Below are positions 38,105 through 47,585 of a stretch of 64,000 nt of DNA, in pieces. This DNA is from an uncultured Holophagae bacterium (GTDB lineage Bacteria > Acidobacteriota > Thermoanaerobaculia > Thermoanaerobaculales > Sulfomarinibacteraceae). The first letter of the stretch is position 1; each line of letters begins with the position of its first letter. The notes under the pieces are model-generated. The model searched no databases, had not been told where the DNA came from, and saw only the letters and a program-made list of their open reading frames with translations. The stretch covers positions 176,450-240,449 of the forward strand of contig CAVQBD010000003.1 of NCBI GenBank assembly GCA_963710645.1, written 5' to 3'. The position numbers and the translations under genes are program-made.

Positions 38105-39544
38105 TTATCCCGGCGCGATGTTCTGGTTCAACGAGAAGAAATTGTCCGGGTCATACTGCCCCTTGACTTCCACCAGCCGGTCCCAGTTCGGCCCGAAGGC
38201 CGCGCCGATCCGATCGGTCTCCTCCTCGGTCATGAAGTTGACGTAGACCCCGCCGGTGGCGTGGGGGGCCGACGCGTTGAAAAAGTCCCGCGCCCAACCC
38301 ACTCCGCTTTCGTCCTCCTCGGCGGTCTCCCAGCGGCCGTGCACGTTGACCACGTACTCGGCGTCGCGGTGAGAGTAGGCGATGGCGTCCGGTGCAACGC
38401 GGTTCACCTGACCACCCAGCTGGCCGACGAAAATCTCGCAGTGGGGCGAGGGCACCTTGGCGGCGAAGTCCACCAGGAGCTCGATGGCGCCATCGCTGAG
38501 CTCGGTGAAGTTGTGCGATTTCCAGTAATTCCTCGCTCCCGGAGTGAGCAGCGGATCAAAGGCCTGCTGCCAATCGGTGAACGGCTGCACGCCCACGTGT
38601 TCACCGTATGGCGTTCCGAGATGGCGAATGGGTTCGATGGCGGACTTTCCATCCTCGGGATCGCCCACGTGAAGGAGGGCGAATGCGATGATCGGTTTGC
38701 CGTGCACATTCTCCGGAAGAAACGGCAGGGGCGGAGCCATCCGGAGAACCGCCCAGATGGAGGTCTCGTCGCCCAACCCGGCCGCGATGTCTCGATATTT
38801 CTTAAGGGCGTCCTTGGCCTGGTCCAGGGGATAGACCACCAGCCCGCTGAGGAGATCCGGTCCAACCTCGTGCAGCGTGAAGTCAAACCGGGTCACGATC
38901 CCAAAGTTCCCTCCACCGCCACGCAGCGCCCAAAAAAGATCAGGGTGGTCGTGGCTGTTGGCTTCGACCACCTCGCCGGCGGCGGTCACCACCTCGGCGC
39001 CCACCAGATTGTCCGCGGTCAGGCCGTACTTGCGGCTCAACCAACCAAAGCCGCCGCCCAGCGTCAGCCCGGCGATCCCAGTGGTGGAGTTGATGCCGGT
39101 GGGCGTGGCCAGGCCGTGGGCCTGGGTTTCCCGATCCACATCGCCAAGGGTGGCGCCGGGGCCCACCTGAGCCTTCTTCGACTCGGCGTCCACCCTCACA
39201 AAGTTCATTAAAGACAGATCAATCATCATGCCGCCGTCGCACACCGCGTTGCCGGCGATGTTGTGGCCGCCACCGCGAATGGCCAGCAGAAGACCGTGAT
39301 TGCGGGCAAAATCCACCGCGTGCTTCACGTCCGCAGTTGTCACGCACCGGGCGATCAACGCCGGACTCCTGTCGATCATGGCATTCCAGATGGTTCGGGC
39401 TTCATCGTAGCCCGGGTTTCCGTGGCGCAGGACCGAGCCCACCATGAGTCCATCCAGCTGCGTCACCGAAGCCTCACTCACCTCCGTGACCCCACCAGCT
39501 CGGGCCACGATCTTCACAGTTCCACCGCCGTGTGCATCCGACAT
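38105..39544 (-). CDS. FAD-linked oxidase (berberine-bridge/PCMH type)
   Basis: WNAMIDRSP, IRGGGHN, TGIAGLTLGGG, DLFWALRGGGGNFG, YVNF, K..YDPDNFF.LNQNI. Confidence 0.93.
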   Translation of the reverse strand: MSDAHGGGTVKIVARAGGVTEVSEASVTQLDGLMVGSVLRHGNPGYDEARTIWNAMIDRSPALIARCVTTADVKHAVDFARNHGLLLAIRGGGHNIAGNAVCDGGMMIDLSLMNFVRVDAESKKAQVGPGATLGDVDRETQAHGLATPTGINSTTGIAGLTLGGGFGWLSRKYGLTADNLVGAEVVTAAGEVVEANSHDHPDLFWALRGGGGNFGIVTRFDFTLHEVGPDLLSGLVVYPLDQAKDALKKYRDIAAGLGDETSIWAVLRMAPPLPFLPENVHGKPIIAFALLHVGDPEDGKSAIEPIRHLGTPYGEHVGVQPFTDWQQAFDPLLTPGARNYWKSHNFTELSDGAIELLVDFAAKVPSPHCEIFVGQLGGQVNRVAPDAIAYSHRDAEYVVNVHGRWETAEEDESGVGWARDFFNASAPHATGGVYVNFMTEEETDRIGAAFGPNWDRLVEVKGQYDPDNFFSLNQNIAPG

Positions 39545-39784
39545 CAAGGCTCCCCCAAATTCTGAAACGCCTCTCGCAAAGAACGTTCCAGTTCGACCCT
39601 CAGGACGGAGATCCGTCCGCCCATCCGGAGATCGGGCCCGACGACCGATCCTGAACCGAAGCCCGAACCAGCGCCCGGGCTTCAGCCCGGTCTTTTGGTT
39701 TTATTAAAACCGAGAAGACGTCTCAACAACCTCGGAACGTAGAGGAATATTCCGGCCGTCTATACCATCAGCCACTCCAGAGGA

Positions 39785-40309
39785 TCAGGGAGAGGGCGAC
39801 GAACCCGACCACGCCGACAGATTGCCACTCTCAAACCCGTCCATGAAGAGAAAGGCCATGATGTACAGATTGTAGGAACCACTGTCTCCGTTATAACAGT
39901 GGGATATCACGATGTCGTAATCCCCCGCCTCTTCAAAGATTGGACTCACGATGGAGATCGGCAGCGGAACACAGCCATTGATGTTGTAGATGTCATCGCA
40001 CGGGCTCGCGGGGTTGAAGGTCCCGGCCGGGTAGGCGACGATGACCGGGCGATTGATGGTTCCATCCATTTCGACCAGCGCGTAGCCCCCCGGAAAATTG
40101 TCCGTATAGACGTCGTACCACACCGCCGTCCCGTTACTCGACAGCGCGCACGGCGGGAAGGAGGTGCTGGGCCGGTTGAATGTGGGGTCGCCGGGTCCGA
40201 GCGTGCCGTGCACCTCGAAGTCCCAATCCTGCGCCGTGGCCACACTCGATCCGGCCAACAACACGAAAAGAACCCCACACACCACTACAAACTTCCCAGG
40301 AATGCCCAT
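39785..40309 (-). CDS. Small secreted Cys-rich protein with C-terminal tag
   Basis: AAAGGAG RBS; signal peptide; PTFNRP, FNPASPC; ends LFMDGFESGNLSAWSGSSPSP. Confidence 0.8.
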   Translation of the reverse strand: MGIPGKFVVVCGVLFVLLAGSSVATAQDWDFEVHGTLGPGDPTFNRPSTSFPPCALSSNGTAVWYDVYTDNFPGGYALVEMDGTINRPVIVAYPAGTFNPASPCDDIYNINGCVPLPISIVSPIFEEAGDYDIVISHCYNGDSGSYNLYIMAFLFMDGFESGNLSAWSGSSPSP

Positions 40310-40420
40310 CGACTCACTCCTTTCGCGGAATCGCGTACCGTTTTGTTGTCATTACGGAGAGTCTAGCAGCCCTTCGGCCCTGATTCCACAAAGGGATCGG
40401 GGCGGCGAATTGGTCGCAAG

Positions 40421-41575
40421 CTAGCCGGCCTTGCCGTCGGGCCGGGGCGTCAGGAGATACCAGGCGTTGCCAACGACGAAAAGGGCGAAAGCCAGACCCC
40501 ACAACCCGGCCGAGGCCACCAGGACATTGCGGGTGAGGTCGGCCCGCAACCAGGGCCCGAGGACCCGCAGCAGCGCGCTCACCGTGACGGCCGTAAAGGC
40601 GATGGTCATCAGCGGCGAAATCTGAAGCGGTCGGCCGGTGTGACCGAGAGTGACCCGAGCCATCATGCCCAGGGTCAGGGTGCCGATGGCGCCCGCCGTC
40701 AGAGCGTGGGTGGCCACGCTCGCCGGCACCCCCAAATTCGCGGCTGCGGCGGCCTTGAGGAACAGACCCACCCAGATCCAGGCGTGGCCGAGATGGAGCA
40801 CCAACAGGATCGGCCGCCCAAAGACCTTGGGGAAACCCCAGAACAGAGATCTGGCCAGGACGAACACCCCGGCCAAACCCGCGACCACCGCCATGAGGTA
40901 TCCGCCGGGAGCCACGACCTCAACCGCGGCAACCACCAGGACAGCCACAATGGCGGCGGTGTTGATCCCGGCAACCGACCGGATCCCCTCATCGGCCAGG
41001 GCGTTCTTGGTGAAGAGCGGCACGATGCGGCCGGTGATGATCACCAGAACGACCACGATTAGATCCACCGCCACCAACTCGGTGCGCAACAGGGACTGGG
41101 GCAACAGACCCGAGGTCTTCAGGTGGAGCAAGAGATCACAGATCCAGAGCAGCGGGAGGATGACCAGCAGCAGGTAGTTTCTGGTGCTCTTTGCCAGCAG
41201 CAAAGGTACGGCGATGGCGACCGAGAGAGCCGGCAGGAAACAGAGGTCGGCCATTCCTCCGATGGTCCCCGCAACACCGCCCAGGCCCACCAGGCGACCT
41301 ACACACCACAACCCCACCAAGGCGGCCAAAAAAGCCCCCCGGGCCGTGGGCCTGCTCGTCCAGTTCTCCACGGCGGTGAGCAGAAATCCGGCCAGTATGG
41401 CCGCGGTGAATCCGAAGATCATTTCGTGGCTATGCCAGGAAATGCTCTCGAAACCCGGCTCCCCGGTCATGGGCTCCTGGTAGTGAAATGCCCACCACGG
41501 CACCAGCCACACCGCCGAAAGCCCACCGAGGAGAAAGAACGGACGAAAGCCCTTTTGAAAGAAAACGTGTTTCAT
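40421..41575 (-). CDS. nnrS: NnrS family protein (NO stress)
   Basis: GFRPFFL, WHSHEMIFGF, GFLLTAV.NWT, GRIVP.FT, HALTAG.IG.LTLGMMARVTLGHTGR, PRPDGK.G. Confidence 0.95.
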   Translation of the reverse strand: MKHVFFQKGFRPFFLLGGLSAVWLVPWWAFHYQEPMTGEPGFESISWHSHEMIFGFTAAILAGFLLTAVENWTSRPTARGAFLAALVGLWCVGRLVGLGGVAGTIGGMADLCFLPALSVAIAVPLLLAKSTRNYLLLVILPLLWICDLLLHLKTSGLLPQSLLRTELVAVDLIVVVLVIITGRIVPLFTKNALADEGIRSVAGINTAAIVAVLVVAAVEVVAPGGYLMAVVAGLAGVFVLARSLFWGFPKVFGRPILLVLHLGHAWIWVGLFLKAAAAANLGVPASVATHALTAGAIGTLTLGMMARVTLGHTGRPLQISPLMTIAFTAVTVSALLRVLGPWLRADLTRNVLVASAGLWGLAFALFVVGNAWYLLTPRPDGKAG

Positions 41576-41581
41576 GGACTC

Positions 41582-41628
41582 ACCCTACCTGGGATTCCGC
41601 TTCGTTGCCTTGACGCGTGTCAAGGCAA
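41582..41628 (-). promoter_or_regulatory. CRP/FNR-family (DNR/NnrR-type) box plus -10 of nnrS
   Basis: TTGCCTTGAC-GCGT-GTCAAGGCAA (41605-41628) centred 41.5 nt upstream of the ATG; TAGGGT at 41587-41582. Confidence 0.8.
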
Positions 41629-41990
41629 CTCGGGACTCGGGGCTCGGGACTCCATGTCGGTGCCAGGCACCGCCGGAGATGTGTCGACCTCGCACTACGA
41701 CTCGATTTCGACGGTGCCTGGCACCGGGTGAGCGCGTTGGCATTGATGTACTCATTTCGTCGCGCCCATCTCCCCACCGCGCTCCCCGAGGTTGCCACCC
41801 CTGACAATTTCGGGACCCCAGGCTGCTTGGGCCCCCAAGCGACTCATTCCGAAATTGTCAGAAGTGGCACGCCCGCCAAACGCGCCCGTCTCGCTCCGGG
41901 TGGGCGGGGGATCTCGTATCTCGTATCTCGCATCTCGCATCCGGGTGGGCGGGAGGGAACGTTCAACGTTCAACGTTTAACTTTCGACTT
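41628..41990. repeat. Cluster of palindromic and heptamer repeats
   Basis: (ACTCGGG)n at 41628-41652; CGGTGCCWGGCACCG at 41658 and 41712; 23-bp inverted pair 41793-41815/41847-41869; (ATCTCGY)4 at 41911-41941; (AACGTTC)n from 41958. Confidence 0.8.
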
Positions 41991-42611
41991 TTTGACCCCA
42001 AGATAGTGATGCCAAAGGATCTGAGCCGCCACCGAACGCCAGGGCCTCCACTTTTCACCCAGAGCTTCAAACTCCAGGGCGGTGGGCCGGCGATCCAGCC
42101 CTTTCACCTGTTGGATGGCCGCGACCAGCGCGAGATCACCCACCGGCCACACGTCGGGGCGTCCGAGGGCACACAGCAGATAGATATCGGCCGTCCAGCG
42201 ACCGATGCCGGTCAATGCCATCAGAGACTCACGCGCCTCGTCGTCGGTCATGTCACACACAGCAGCCAGGTCGAAATGCCCGTCCAAAATCTCCTCGGCC
42301 AGAATTCTGCAGTATCGGGTCTTCTGCCCACTGAAGCCCATGCCTCGAAGGGTCTCTGCGTCGAGGGTCAGAAAGGACTCCGGTGTCGGCACGCCGACGT
42401 CATCCGCCAGACGATCGAACGCCGCCTTTGCCGACGCCAAGGACACCTGTTGTTCCAAAATGATCAGCACCAGCGTCGGGAATCCGGGTTCCCGAGTCCA
42501 ATAACGCGGTCTCCCGTACTCCGACAACACCGCCGCCAGATCAGGGTCGAGTCCGGCCAGTGCGTCCAGTGCGGTCTCGAATCGTAAGCCGTCGGACACA
42601 GTCTCCCCCAC
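41970..42611 (-). CDS. alkA: DNA-3-methyladenine glycosylase II (HhH-GPD)
   Basis: FPTLVLIILEQQVSLASA, L..LTGIGRWTADIYL, PDVWPVGDL, WRPWRSVA..LW. Confidence 0.9.
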   Translation of the reverse strand: MGETVSDGLRFETALDALAGLDPDLAAVLSEYGRPRYWTREPGFPTLVLIILEQQVSLASAKAAFDRLADDVGVPTPESFLTLDAETLRGMGFSGQKTRYCRILAEEILDGHFDLAAVCDMTDDEARESLMALTGIGRWTADIYLLCALGRPDVWPVGDLALVAAIQQVKGLDRRPTALEFEALGEKWRPWRSVAAQILWHHYLGVKKSKVKR

Positions 42612-42668
42612 CCTATTGACCTGTTTGACGGCCGAGGGGCCTCACGAACGACTCCCGGCGAGGGAATT

Positions 42669-43916
42669 TCAACCTCGTCCCAGACGCTCACGGCGAACGC
42701 TGTCGATCTCCTTAGAAACCTTCAGGCCGCGGTTTCGGAGCGAGAACCAGATCAGCCGCTTGCGATCCATGTTGAAGAAGCGGTGGCCGTACCGCCGCAG
42801 GGCCCGTTGATCGATGGAAAAGCCGAGACCTGGGCTCCTTGGCACCTCGAGGATCCCCCGGTCGTGTTCGAAGGGCCGTTCGAGAATTCCGTCGCGAGCC
42901 TCCACGGTCCATCCGGGCGGACTGAGGGGATACTCGAGCTCCTTTTCCTCGGCGAAACCGCTGGCTGCGAAGAGCTGGAGGTTGACCGCGAACCCGATAC
43001 CGTTGGTCCAGGTGTGCGGCGAGTAGGCCAGTCCGTATTGGCGACAGAGCCTGGTGACCTCGAGGGTCTGGGCAATGCCCCCGGTGAAGATGGCGTCTGG
43101 CTGAAAGATGTCGTAGCAGCGGCGCTCGATCATCATTTCCAGCTCGGGCAACCCTGAGCTGTGGAGCTCGCCACCGGCGATTGGGACCCGGCTGTACCGG
43201 GTGAGGGCGCTGAGGCCGTCGTAGCCGGTCATGCTCAGCGGTTCCTCGATCCAGGCCACACCGCTGTCCGCACAGGCGTCTGCGAAGTGCTTTGCGCGAT
43301 CGAGGTCCCACAGCGGGGCATCGCCGATGATGGTGACCCGCCAGCCCTGGTTGGCATCGACGCCGATCTTCATCCTGTCGCCCATGGCCTTGGCGACCCC
43401 GGACACGTGCCCGATATCCACCGCCTCGTCAAAGTCGTGCACGCGGAGTTTGATGGTCCGAAAGCCTTCTTCGTACCTCGCCTCTGCCTCATCGATCCTC
43501 GCCTCGGGACTCTTGACCTCGCCACACGAGCTGTAGAGCCGAATGGTGCACGGCTGCCCGCCCAACAGTTCGCAGACCGGTTTGTCGGCCAGCTTGCCCT
43601 TGATGTCCCAAAAGGCCGGCTCCACCCACCAGTTGCGCCAGCCGAGATAGGAGATCTCACGCAGCCGTTGCTGAATAAGGCCGATGTCGGTGGCGTCCTC
43701 GCCGATGAGGTACGGACCGAGGAGGTCACCAAGCCCCGCCCGTTCCCGCGCGATGGCCGGACCAGCGCTGTAACCCTCCACTCCGTCGTCGGTAGTCACA
43801 CGGATCAGGGTGAACCGATTCTCGGTCTGGGGCATGCCTGGAATCCAGCTCGGATAAAAGGGCGCCGGCAGTGGAATGGCCACGTGATAGAGCTCGATCC
43901 GCGCGATGGTGCTCAT
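42669..43916 (-). CDS. Mandelate racemase/muconate lactonizing (enolase superfamily) enzyme
   Basis: GGAG RBS before ATG 43916; WDIKGK, KLR, VDANQG, WIEEP, IAGGE, FQPD, PHTW. Confidence 0.9.
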   Translation of the reverse strand: MSTIARIELYHVAIPLPAPFYPSWIPGMPQTENRFTLIRVTTDDGVEGYSAGPAIARERAGLGDLLGPYLIGEDATDIGLIQQRLREISYLGWRNWWVEPAFWDIKGKLADKPVCELLGGQPCTIRLYSSCGEVKSPEARIDEAEARYEEGFRTIKLRVHDFDEAVDIGHVSGVAKAMGDRMKIGVDANQGWRVTIIGDAPLWDLDRAKHFADACADSGVAWIEEPLSMTGYDGLSALTRYSRVPIAGGELHSSGLPELEMMIERRCYDIFQPDAIFTGGIAQTLEVTRLCRQYGLAYSPHTWTNGIGFAVNLQLFAASGFAEEKELEYPLSPPGWTVEARDGILERPFEHDRGILEVPRSPGLGFSIDQRALRRYGHRFFNMDRKRLIWFSLRNRGLKVSKEIDSVRRERLGRG

Positions 43917-44081
43917 CTTGCGCTCCTTATCGGCAACTCGGCCCGGGATCCGCTCGACTATAGCAAGCGACCACACCAATGGACTCCCGGCCATGGCGGG
44001 GATAGATTGGAGCACCGCCGCCGATCCCACTCCATCCGAATGGGCGACACTCGCGGACAGGCGACGGCAGAGGGAGACGAA

Positions 44082-45359
44082 ATGTCGGCACTGTTCATCA
44101 TCGTCCCGGTCCGTCCTCCCGTCTTTCTGACCGACGACCAATTCCAACGGATCATCGTCGACTACATCCAGTCACTGGAAGGCCTCGGCGGAGCTCCCGG
44201 ATCCGAGGACGATCTCGAAAGACCCGAACCGACCTTCTTTCTGGTGGCCACCGGCGGGACCGAGGAAGAGATCTTGAGGCTTGATGCCGAACGCCGGAAG
44301 GTCGCCCCTGACGACCCCGTGTTCTTGGTGGCCCATCCCTCGAGCAACAGCCTGCCGGCAGCTCTGGAGGTGCTCGCACGTCTCCAACAGAATGGCCGGC
44401 CGGGCCGGATCTTCTACCTCGGTGGTCCGGACGACACCCCAGGTCTGATGCAGGTCCACGACGCTGCCCGCGACCTGGCAGTCCTCCACGCCCTCAGACA
44501 GAAGCGCATCGGCCTCATCGGCCCTCCCTCGGACTGGTTGGTGGCCAGCAGCCCGGGGCCGGTCACGTTGCGGAGGGTATGGGGACCTCAGGTGGTGGAG
44601 ATCGCCATGGATGAGTTGACCGAATCCCTCACGGGAGCGTCGCAGGAGCTGGTGGAATCGGAGGTCGCGCTTCTCCTGGCCGACGCCCGCGACGTTGGCG
44701 AGCCGTCCGGCCCAGAACAGGAAGCTGTGGCGCGGGTCCTCGCCGCCATCGAAATTCTGGTTGATCGTTACGATCTTGACGCCCTCAGCATCCGTTGCTT
44801 CGACCTCGTCCTGGAACAAAAGACCACCGGATGTCTCGCCCTTGCCCGCCTCAATGACCAGGGCGTGATCGCCGGTTGTGAAGGGGATCTTGTCAGCACG
44901 ATGGCCATGTTGTGGACCCACGAGCTCCTCCAGGAGACACCGTGGATGGCCAACCCCGCCCGCCTCGACGAGGCGCGCAACACGCTGTGGTTGGCACACT
45001 GCACCGTGCCCCTCAGCCTGGTCTCCGGTTTCAGCCTGCGGTCTCACTTCGAGTCGGGGCTTGGGGTCGCCATCCAGGGTGACCTGCCACGCGGACCGGT
45101 CACCCTCCTCCGGATCGGCGGCGCCGGCATCGACCGCCTGTGGCTGGCCGAGGGCGAGATCATCGGGATGGGCGACTCCGAAAAACTGTGTCGTACCCAA
45201 GTGGAGATCCAGCTGGCCGACGGGTGTGTGGGAGATCTCCTTCGATCGCCTCTCGGAAACCACCTCGTCATGGTCCGGGGTCACCACGCCGGGAGGCTGC
45301 GGTCGTGGTGGGAGACGATTCTCCAACCTGCCGCCCGGGCAGGAGGCAGTTGGCAGTAG
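44082..45359 (+). CDS. L-fucose/L-arabinose isomerase-like protein
   Basis: GGAG RBS; TGGTE, NSLPAALE, PSDWL, RCFDL, GCEGD, AHCTVP, SHFESG.GVA, CRTQ, GNH. Confidence 0.82.
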   Translation: MSALFIIVPVRPPVFLTDDQFQRIIVDYIQSLEGLGGAPGSEDDLERPEPTFFLVATGGTEEEILRLDAERRKVAPDDPVFLVAHPSSNSLPAALEVLARLQQNGRPGRIFYLGGPDDTPGLMQVHDAARDLAVLHALRQKRIGLIGPPSDWLVASSPGPVTLRRVWGPQVVEIAMDELTESLTGASQELVESEVALLLADARDVGEPSGPEQEAVARVLAAIEILVDRYDLDALSIRCFDLVLEQKTTGCLALARLNDQGVIAGCEGDLVSTMAMLWTHELLQETPWMANPARLDEARNTLWLAHCTVPLSLVSGFSLRSHFESGLGVAIQGDLPRGPVTLLRIGGAGIDRLWLAEGEIIGMGDSEKLCRTQVEIQLADGCVGDLLRSPLGNHLVMVRGHHAGRLRSWWETILQPAARAGGSWQ

Positions 45360-45533
45360 GCAGCCCTCCACCACCCGCCCGGTGTGGAAGGTGTGGGGTC
45401 GCGCACCGAAGCGGAGGGGACGGAGGGCGGGGACGTTCAACTTCATCCATCGCCCCGATTCTGTGGAGGCGCTGCCCGAGGTTATTCGCGGCCTCCGGCC
45501 GCGGTGACCAGCCGTCACCAGCGAGTGGCCAGG

Positions 45534-45575
45534 GGTCTTCGGTCTTCGTTCTTCGTTCTTCGTTCTTTGTTCTTC
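45534..45575. repeat. Heptamer tandem repeat (GKTCTTC)x6
   Basis: ggtcttc ggtcttc gttcttc gttcttc gttcttt gttcttc between convergent genes. Confidence 0.85.
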
Positions 45576-45606
45576 GATCTGTGATCGGCCGCGGGCGGAC
45601 GGGAGA

Positions 45607-45912
45607 CTACCAGCGGCCGGCGCCCTTGCAGGCTCCTCCCCCACCTCCGCCGAAGAACATCATCACCCCCAGCAGATAGCCGAAGTTGTACCAGCCGCCG
45701 TTGTTGTGCACCTCGTAGATCCGCACCTTGTCGCTGAACAGCGACACGATAAAGCTGAAGAACACGATGAAGCCGTGCCACAGCCCCTTCCAGAAGCCGG
45801 CCACCTTGCCTTCGTCATCGGGTGAACCGGTCAACTGATTTGGCCCCGCAGTGCAACCCAGCGGCGCTATGAGTAGCACCGCCGCTGCGACAACCACCAG
45901 AAATTTCATCAT
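45607..45912 (-). CDS. Small membrane lipoprotein, hypothetical
   Basis: Lipobox LGC; AGFWKGLWHG; IYEVHNNGGWYNFG. Confidence 0.8.
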   Translation of the reverse strand: MMKFLVVVAAAVLLIAPLGCTAGPNQLTGSPDDEGKVAGFWKGLWHGFIVFFSFIVSLFSDKVRIYEVHNNGGWYNFGYLLGVMMFFGGGGGGACKGAGRW

Positions 45913-45933
45913 TCAAGCCTCCGCATCAGCGCC

Positions 45934-47502
45934 TCAGATAAAGAGCTTGATCTCGTGCCAGATCTGGTCAATTGGCAGTTTGATGCCTCGACATACCAGG
46001 ACCGCCATCCGGTCCTCCTGCGCCCAACGGGTCTCGACCACCGTGGCCGGCGTCACCTCGGAAAAATAATCCTCGAGGTCATCGGGGTCGAAGTTGATTG
46101 CGATCACCACGACGCCGGGATCGGCCGGTGGCGGCCCCCACAGCCAGTAGTTGTTGTGCCGACCGTAGACCGGAGGCAGCCGGTACTCACGAGCCCAGTA
46201 CTCCAACGCGCCCGAATGACCGTAGTTCCTGCCCATGATGATGGCCCGGGCTCGTTCCTCCTCCGGCAGCCCGTCCACGACATCGGCAATCGCCACCGCC
46301 AGCTCCCGCCACCCGAAGCGGTCGGAGAAATACTGGGGGAGTGCCGCATCGTGACCCACCTCGCCCGTGTTGGGCACCATTCCCAGCCGCTGCTGGTAGC
46401 GATCCAGCTCGGCGGGCGACAGCACCGGCAACCCCAGAGGAAGGAAGACCAGAAAACCGACCGCCAGCACCACCGCCATGACCCACCGGCCCCACCTCAG
46501 ACCGCGACGGCTGGTCCAGCGCTCCCAGGCCACGCCACCGGCCGCCATCATCACCGGTACGGAGGCCGCGAAATAATACGGCTTGCTCGTTTGCAGCACC
46601 AACACGAGCCATGTGACCACGACCATCAGGCCCACGATCCGGAATCTCCGCGCCGGTGGGGCGAACATGATCCAGAGCAGACCGCCCAACCACAGCGGAA
46701 CCGTTACCGGGTTGGCCTCCAGAATATTCTCAGCCAGAAAACCAAGGGGCGAAATGGCGGCAATCTTGTACCGTGTGGCGTTGTCCATGAACTCCAGGGT
46801 GGCCCAACCGTTGGCGGCATTCCACACAAGATAGGGCGCCAGAAAGAGCAACGCGGTCGCTGCCGCAAAATAGGTCCGCGGATCCAAGAGCTGACGTCGG
46901 TGCCGGGTGATCACCAAACCAACCGCCAACGCCAATCCCAACACGAGCACACCGACCTTGTTGAACAGTCCCAGCCCGAGCACAAGGCCGAGCCACGGCC
47001 ACCATCTCCCATCGTCCGTCTCGGCGATTCGAATGATCAGGTAGTAGGCCCCGATCCACACAAGGAAGTCGAAACAGTTCATGGAGTAGAAGCCGCAGAT
47101 CACCAATCCGGCGGCTCCGATGGCCACGCCAACTCCCGCAAAGAGCTGGGCCCAACGACCGCCGCCCAGCCGCGCCGCCGTCATACCCGTCAGCAGAATG
47201 AGCAGGGCCCCGCACAGCGCCGGTACCACTCGAATGGAGTGGACGGATTCACCAAACACAGCTTTCCATCCGGCCAGCAGCCAAATGGACATGGGAGGTT
47301 GGTCCACGTATCCCCACGCCAGCCGATCGGCGCACGCCAGGTAGTAATACTCGTCACGAAAGATGCCGTAGTTGCCGTTGGTGACGAAGTGGAGCACGAC
47401 CTGCGCCACAGCTGGAATCAGCAACCACGTCCATACCACCGGCTGGGATCGCAGTTCAGCGATCGAAGGCGACGGCGGAACAGGCTCGATCTTCGTGGCC
47501 AT
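45934..47502 (-). CDS. Glycosyltransferase family 39 (ArnT/PMT-like) membrane protein
   Basis: YGIFRDEYYY, LAWGYVDQPP, GLGLFNK, KPYY, DRFGW.E, HNNYWLWGP. Start uncertain (47502 or 47589). Confidence 0.88.
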   Translation of the reverse strand: MATKIEPVPPSPSIAELRSQPVVWTWLLIPAVAQVVLHFVTNGNYGIFRDEYYYLACADRLAWGYVDQPPMSIWLLAGWKAVFGESVHSIRVVPALCGALLILLTGMTAARLGGGRWAQLFAGVGVAIGAAGLVICGFYSMNCFDFLVWIGAYYLIIRIAETDDGRWWPWLGLVLGLGLFNKVGVLVLGLALAVGLVITRHRRQLLDPRTYFAAATALLFLAPYLVWNAANGWATLEFMDNATRYKIAAISPLGFLAENILEANPVTVPLWLGGLLWIMFAPPARRFRIVGLMVVVTWLVLVLQTSKPYYFAASVPVMMAAGGVAWERWTSRRGLRWGRWVMAVVLAVGFLVFLPLGLPVLSPAELDRYQQRLGMVPNTGEVGHDAALPQYFSDRFGWRELAVAIADVVDGLPEEERARAIIMGRNYGHSGALEYWAREYRLPPVYGRHNNYWLWGPPPADPGVVVIAINFDPDDLEDYFSEVTPATVVETRWAQEDRMAVLVCRGIKLPIDQIWHEIKLFI

Positions 47503-47585
47503 GAGCGAATCGAGCCTATCACCGAACGCGGCCGCCGGGCGGAGGTTCGCTGAGATGGCGGCCGCCGCCGGTTGACATCCGGCAG

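Noticed and set aside
39675-39718. Hairpins CCGGGCTTCAGCCCGG and GGTTTTATTAAAACC
   Set aside because: They could be a terminator, REP or operator, but they are single-copy here and cannot be assigned.
43161-44081. N-terminal extension making a 732-aa isomerase fusion
   Set aside because: It overlaps the enolase-family gene on the opposite strand; a GGAG RBS supports the start at 44082.
45384-45507. Possible gene remnant (..SVEALPEVIRGLR..) resembling a deacetylase C-terminus
   Set aside because: Too short to support without a search.
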